From an uncultured delta proteobacterium (GTDB taxonomy: Bacteria > Desulfobacterota > Desulfuromonadia > Geobacterales > Pseudopelobacteraceae), in the NCBI GenBank assembly GCA_963760075.1, contig CAVXBQ010000003.1, positions 1 through 32,000 of the forward strand: 32,000 bases of DNA, in the 5' to 3' direction. Below the pieces are notes generated by a model. It was given only the letters and a program-made list of their open reading frames with translations. It did no database searches and was not told the origin of the DNA. A program made the position numbers and the translations under genes. Below, piece by piece: positions 28,532 through 32,000 of this stretch; positions within the stretch are counted from its first letter, which is position 1, and the number at the start of each line of letters is the position of its first letter.

Positions 28532-28753
28532 ATGAGATGCGTGTACTACACCAGAAAGTTAAGTAACAGAGAGATTGTACATGGTATCCGATATGGAACT
28601 ACTGATGATAGAACTGATACTTTCCTACCAGATCGAGATTCAGCACCAGTGGTAATTTGTAATGTTTGTGGAGAAAAACTGCTCCGTCTGATCTATGTAA
28701 AACTCAATAGGCCAAATACCCATCCCACCTACAATACATTCAAACATACCTGA
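28532..28753 (+). CDS. Small hypothetical protein
   Basis: A strong AAGGAGG RBS lies 7 nt upstream of the ATG. 73 aa with one CxxC (CNVC). Confidence 0.6.
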   Translation: MRCVYYTRKLSNREIVHGIRYGTTDDRTDTFLPDRDSAPVVICNVCGEKLLRLIYVKLNRPNTHPTYNTFKHT

Positions 28754-28788
28754 TAACCTCCTTGTCAATTTAAGTACAATTTCAATAG

Positions 28789-29004
28789 TCACATTCCACA
28801 AAAACACCTTGGTCTCTTAAAGCCATCAGGTAATAGATTATGCGGTACATTATCTATTCCACGAGACAAAGCCATTTTGCGACGTGCACAGTTGGCAAAT
28901 TCACTATTACAGTATTCGACGCGTAATATTTCTTTGGTTTGGGTCTTATCTGAAGGTTCTTCATTGTAGAAACAACAGGTATTACAAAATTCACAGTTAG
29001 CCAT
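28789..29004 (-). CDS. Small Cys-rich protein (CxxCxxCC ... C...C type)
   Basis: MANCEFCNTCCFYNEE...YCNSEFANCARRKMALSRGIDNVPHNLLPDG. GGAGG lies 6 nt upstream of ATG 29004. It resembles an uncharacterised small-protein family I recall from anaerobes; this is unverified. Confidence 0.6.
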   Translation of the reverse strand: MANCEFCNTCCFYNEEPSDKTQTKEILRVEYCNSEFANCARRKMALSRGIDNVPHNLLPDGFKRPRCFCGM

Positions 29005-29089
29005 GATGACCTCCATTTTCAAAAAAATGGAATCTGGATAAAAACGACCATAATTCAGGTCAGTCAAACTATCAGATGAGGGTGATCTA

Positions 29090-29299
29090 CTATAAATAGC
29101 TCTGCTTATCATCAGGTAATTTAAGGAACTTCATATGATCGGGATGCAGGCAATAGGTGCAAGTCTTGCCGGCAAAGAGACCATATCTACACGCTTTATT
29201 GTTAACGGAGCATCTGGATAACTCGCAAGTAATCCGCTCTGTAGTACAAAACATTGTATCAGGTTCTGACTTCAATATTTCAACGTCCGGAGTCTGCAT
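29090..29299 (-). CDS. Small Cys-rich protein, HPDH-motif family member C
   Basis: C-x6-C-RY-x10-CLHPDHMKF aligns with members A and B. Confidence 0.6.
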   Translation of the reverse strand: MQTPDVEILKSEPDTMFCTTERITCELSRCSVNNKACRYGLFAGKTCTYCLHPDHMKFLKLPDDKQSYL

Positions 29300-29435
29300 T
29301 TAATTCCCCAGCAAGTGAATCAATCCTTCAGAAGCATACCATCCAAAACGTAGATGTAAATATTCCCAGCATAAAAAACCATCATCAGTACACAAAGGTC
29401 ATAAAGCCCTATTTTTGTTCTTAAAAGGAAATGCC

Positions 29436-29618
29436 GTGACACTACGTACCCCATTCGGAGCTAACGTAACAAAGACCGACTGCAAAGGTTTGAAACAGTT
29501 ACGTCAATTTATTGATAAAGAAATGACTGCCCAGTACGGTCCTAATTGGCCGAAGAAAAGACTAGCCCCCAAGACTTATCCATGTCTTATCCTCTTTTCT
29601 TTCAAACAATTAGTATAG
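29436..29618 (+). CDS. Small protein, P-family copy 3 (N-terminal homology only)
   Basis: GTG start after AAGGA. VTLRTPFGANVTKTDCKGLKQLRQF parallels MTLHTLFGTNVTKPQKIQLKQIKAV of copy 1. Confidence 0.5.
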   Translation: MTLRTPFGANVTKTDCKGLKQLRQFIDKEMTAQYGPNWPKKRLAPKTYPCLILFSFKQLV

Positions 29619-29716
29619 TGCACAACACAACTGCTTAAGGTTGCACGAGAGATTGCATACCCGTAAAAAAAACACTGGGTCACGACAAGTACTTATCGCA
29701 ACCCATATTTATTTTT

Positions 29717-29764
29717 TGGTGGAGCTGAAGAGGATCGAACTCTCGACCTACGCATTGCGAACGC
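29717..29764 (-). pseudogene. 3' fragment of a tRNA-Ala(CGC)-like gene (anticodon loop to CCA end)
   Basis: The minus strand reads ...CGCGTTCGCAATGCGTAGGTCGAGAGTTCGATCCTCTTCAGCTCCACCA. This gives a T-arm (GAGAG-TTCGATC-CTCTT) and a 3' acceptor strand CAGCTCC-A-CCA, with U70 as in tRNA-Ala. The loop TTCGCAA would give anticodon CGC. No D-arm or 5' acceptor strand lies upstream. Confidence 0.7.
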
Positions 29765-29816
29765 GGCGTGACATAGGGGTAAAATAAAAGGGCGAGGTCC
29801 GACAAACACCGCCCAC

Positions 29817-29937
29817 CAGTTCCACTTTATTTTCCCGAACTTTGAGGATGGAGCCCCTCCCTTTCGGCCTAGTATACAACTTTATTTTCCGGTATAAGAC
29901 ATTATTTTCCAGTATAGAACTTTATTTTCTGAGGACA
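29817..29937 (-). repeat. Right end: terminal TGTCCTC plus three abutting 20-bp repeats and a fourth degenerate one
   Basis: Read as reverse complement from the tip: TGTCCTC, AGAAAATAAAGTTCTATACT (29911-29930), GGAAAATAATGTCTTATACC (29891-29910), GGAAAATAAAGTTGTATACT (29871-29890), a 34-nt gap, then GGAAAATAAAGTGGAACTGG (29817-29836). Confidence 0.85.
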
Positions 29938-29942
29938 TTTCC
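29938..29942. repeat. Target-site duplication, right copy (TTTCC)
   Basis: Identical to 5949-5953. It lies 20-24 nt downstream of the glmS stop codon. Confidence 0.85.
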
Positions 29943-29961
29943 CCCAGCGCATCACGTCCGG

Positions 29962-31791
29962 TCACTCCACGGTAACACTCTTGGCCAGGTTTCTCGGCTG
30001 ATCGACGTCGGTACCCTTCAATACGGCAATGTGGTACGCCAGAAACTGCAGCGGCACTGAGAGCAGCAGCGGATCAAGATCTTCGTCAAGGCTCGGTATT
30101 TCAATCACCGTTTCCGCCCTGCCACGCACCTCTTCATCACCTGCGGAACAGACGGCGATCACACGACCACTCCGGGTGATAACCTCTTCCATATTGGAGA
30201 GCGTTTTTTCGTAAGAGCTTCCTTTCGGTACCAGAACAACAACCGGCACATCTTCATCTATCAGGGCGATCGGACCATGTTTCATTTCACCCGCCGGGTA
30301 CCCTTCGGCATGAATGTAGGAAATCTCCTTGAGCTTGAGAGCGCCTTCGAGGGCGATCGGAAAGTTTTTCCCACGGCCGAGATAGAGAAAATCACGGGCG
30401 TTCATATATTTTTTCGCTACTTTTTCAGTGTACTCGTTCAGTTTCAGCGTCTCTTCCAGCAGACCCGGTACTTTCTTGAGCGCCGCGATCATCTGCTGCC
30501 CACGGACGGCATCAATCGTACAGTTAGCTCTCCCCAGACGGATCGTAAAGAGATACAGTGCGGTCAACTGGGTAACAAACGCCTTGGTTGAGGCAACACC
30601 GATCTCAGGACCGGCATGAGTGTAGATGACGCCGGCAGATTCACGGGCGATGGATGAATCAACCACGTTGCATATCGCCATGTTCATCGCGCCGCGCGAT
30701 TTTGCTTCACGCAGAGCCGCCAGCGTGTCGGCAGTCTCACCTGATTGGGAGATGACAATTGCCAGCGTGCTTTCATCTACAACCGGATTGCGATAGCGGA
30801 ACTCGGAGGCGATATCAACCTCAACCGGAATGCGGCAGTGTCCCTCGATATAGAATTTACCCAATAGCGCGGCGTGCCAGGAGGTTCCGCAGGCGATGAT
30901 AACGATCCGCTTGACTGCTGCCAGCTGGCGGTCGCTAAACTGCAGATCTTCGAGGTACACATCACCCTCACCCTCAAGCAATCGACCGGCGATAGTGTCG
31001 CGTACGGCGCGAGGCTGTTCGTGGATCTCCTTCAGCATGAAGTGCCGGAATCCCCCCTTTTCGGCCATCATGGGCGACCAGTCGATATGGCGCGCTTTTT
31101 TATCGAGGGGATCTCCTGAGATGGTTGAGAAATGCGCCTCGCCGTCTCTGAAAATTACCAGCTCGCCATCCTCCATGAAAACCATCTCACGGGTATAGGT
31201 TAAAATGGCCGGAATATCGGAAGCGACGAAAAACTCTCTCTCGCCGAGTCCAACAACCATCGGCGACCCCAGTTTGGCGGCGATCAAACAACCAGGATCC
31301 TTTTCGTTGAGGATACAAACCGCATATGCCCCGCGCAATTGCGCCAGGGTCTGCCTGACGGCCTTTTCAAAGTCGGTTTCAGTTCTCAGCGTTTGTTCGA
31401 TCAGGTGCGCTATAACTTCCGTATCGGTTTCGCTTTTGAACGTATGGCCAGCCTGTTTCAATTGATCTTTAAGTTGCAGATAATTTTCTATGATGCCGTT
31501 GTGCACCAGAATTACCGGACCGGCTTTGTGAGGATGGGCATTTATTTCAGAGGGTCTGCCATGCGTGGCCCAGCGGGTATGACCGATACCGACAGTCCCG
31601 ACGAGCGGCTGATCGCGCAGCATATTTTCAAGGTTAATCAACTTGCCCTGGCTTCTCCGAATGGCGGACACGCCATCCGCCAGTGTGGCAATTCCTGCTG
31701 AATCGTAGCCACGATATTCAAGCTTTTTAAGTCCTTCCAGAATGATCGGGGTTGCCTGCTGCCCACCGATGTATCCAACAATGCCGCACAT
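29962..31791 (-). CDS. glmS: Glutamine--fructose-6-phosphate aminotransferase
   Basis: 609 aa. N-terminal MCGIVGYIG (catalytic Cys2), two SIS domains and the canonical C-terminus [20 protein letters not shown]. Confidence 0.95.
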   Translation of the reverse strand: MCGIVGYIGGQQATPIILEGLKKLEYRGYDSAGIATLADGVSAIRRSQGKLINLENMLRDQPLVGTVGIGHTRWATHGRPSEINAHPHKAGPVILVHNGIIENYLQLKDQLKQAGHTFKSETDTEVIAHLIEQTLRTETDFEKAVRQTLAQLRGAYAVCILNEKDPGCLIAAKLGSPMVVGLGEREFFVASDIPAILTYTREMVFMEDGELVIFRDGEAHFSTISGDPLDKKARHIDWSPMMAEKGGFRHFMLKEIHEQPRAVRDTIAGRLLEGEGDVYLEDLQFSDRQLAAVKRIVIIACGTSWHAALLGKFYIEGHCRIPVEVDIASEFRYRNPVVDESTLAIVISQSGETADTLAALREAKSRGAMNMAICNVVDSSIARESAGVIYTHAGPEIGVASTKAFVTQLTALYLFTIRLGRANCTIDAVRGQQMIAALKKVPGLLEETLKLNEYTEKVAKKYMNARDFLYLGRGKNFPIALEGALKLKEISYIHAEGYPAGEMKHGPIALIDEDVPVVVLVPKGSSYEKTLSNMEEVITRSGRVIAVCSAGDEEVRGRAETVIEIPSLDEDLDPLLLSVPLQFLAYHIAVLKGTDVDQPRNLAKSVTVE

Positions 31792-32000
31792 ATACTCTCC
31801 TCAAAACGTGTAATAAACATGTATGAAATAATTGGGCATGGTACCATAAAGATACTCTCAGTAACACGATTTTTTTGATGGCGAAACCATTATCGCCATA
31901 CTCCGTCCCGCACTTCCACATTTGAATATACTTGAATTCCTACAATGATATGCTATTTTGCTGGAGTTGAAAATTGCAACAGTTGTAGGTCATTCAGACT

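Larger units (their letters stand above)
5954..29937. mobile_element. Tn7-like transposon/genomic island inserted at attTn7 downstream of glmS, with no recognisable transposition genes
   Basis: Termini are TGTCCCTG... at the left and, for the right end read as its reverse complement, TGTCCTCA.... Multiple 20-bp repeats lie in inverted orientation at the two ends. A 5-bp TSD flanks the element. The right end is 24 bp from the glmS stop. There is a visible drop in GC relative to the flanks. Confidence 0.85.

Noticed and set aside
5954-29937. Candidate tnsA/tnsB/tnsC/tniQ genes among the cargo (for example, could the PhoH-like P-loop ATPase be a TnsC analogue?)
   Set aside because: The ATPase has clear PIN and PhoH motifs rather than AAA+/TnsC features. 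There is no DDE/RNase-H-fold ORF and no ORF of suitable size near either end. This rests only on reading translations, so remote homologues cannot be excluded.
1-32000. CRISPR array, rRNA, or an intact tRNA anywhere in the window
   Set aside because: I found no regularly spaced direct repeats of 25-40 bp with unique spacers. The only regular repeats are the 20-bp transposon-end sites. The only tRNA-like sequence (29717-29764) lacks the D-arm and the 5' acceptor strand.
31792-32000. A possible glmS ribozyme or other leader structure upstream of glmS
   Set aside because: I could not recognise the conserved glmS ribozyme core in this AT-rich leader, and the only hairpin (GGCGA-N8-TCGCC) is short. 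A covariance-model scan would be needed to settle it.

Overview
The window holds three parts. (1) 1-5950 is GC-rich core DNA, all on the minus strand. It carries a four-subunit group-3b (sulfhydrogenase-type) [NiFe] hydrogenase operon, hydB-hydG-hydD-hydA, followed by a DUF3047 / family-2 glycosyltransferase pair. Three of these genes carry apparent frameshifts. (2) 5954-29937 is a ~24 kb, compositionally mosaic and mostly AT-rich insertion with the end architecture of a Tn7-like transposon. It has TGTCC termini, three spaced 20-bp repeats at the left end, and three abutting repeats plus one degenerate repeat at the right end. A perfect 5-bp duplication (TTTCC) flanks it, and its right end lies 24 bp downstream of the glmS stop codon, the classical attTn7 position. 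I can recognise no tnsA/B/C/D(tniQ) genes inside it. (3) 29962-31791 is glmS. Its intrinsic terminator now sits 24 kb away, just outside the left end. The cargo includes a complete phosphite-oxidation operon (ptxABCD), a secreted AcpA/PlcN-family phosphoesterase and a PIN-PhoH (PhoH2/YlaK-type) ATPase. It also includes a small ParB/Srx-like protein, an FRG-domain protein and an orphan partner-switching module (CBS-PP2C phosphatase, RsbW-like kinase, STAS protein) with no sigma factor. Further cargo comprises a three-member family of small Cys-rich proteins ending in a C-x-HPDH-type motif, a very acidic 69-aa protein, a triheme cytochrome c7, an IS256-family transposase remnant and a ferritin-like protein. 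Two convergent modules each carry an IHF-like subunit (alpha-like and beta-like) plus a secreted protein, and one also has an HDOD protein. A triplicated, partly decayed small gene family lies near the right end. A 3' fragment of a tRNA-Ala-like gene sits ~170 bp inside the right end, and a ~146-bp inverted repeat pair brackets 16 kb of cargo. I saw no CRISPR array, rRNA or intact tRNA. The cytochrome c7 and overall gene content suggest a Desulfuromonadales/Geobacter-like host; that is inference only. All calls come from reading the translations and sequence by eye. No database search was run.
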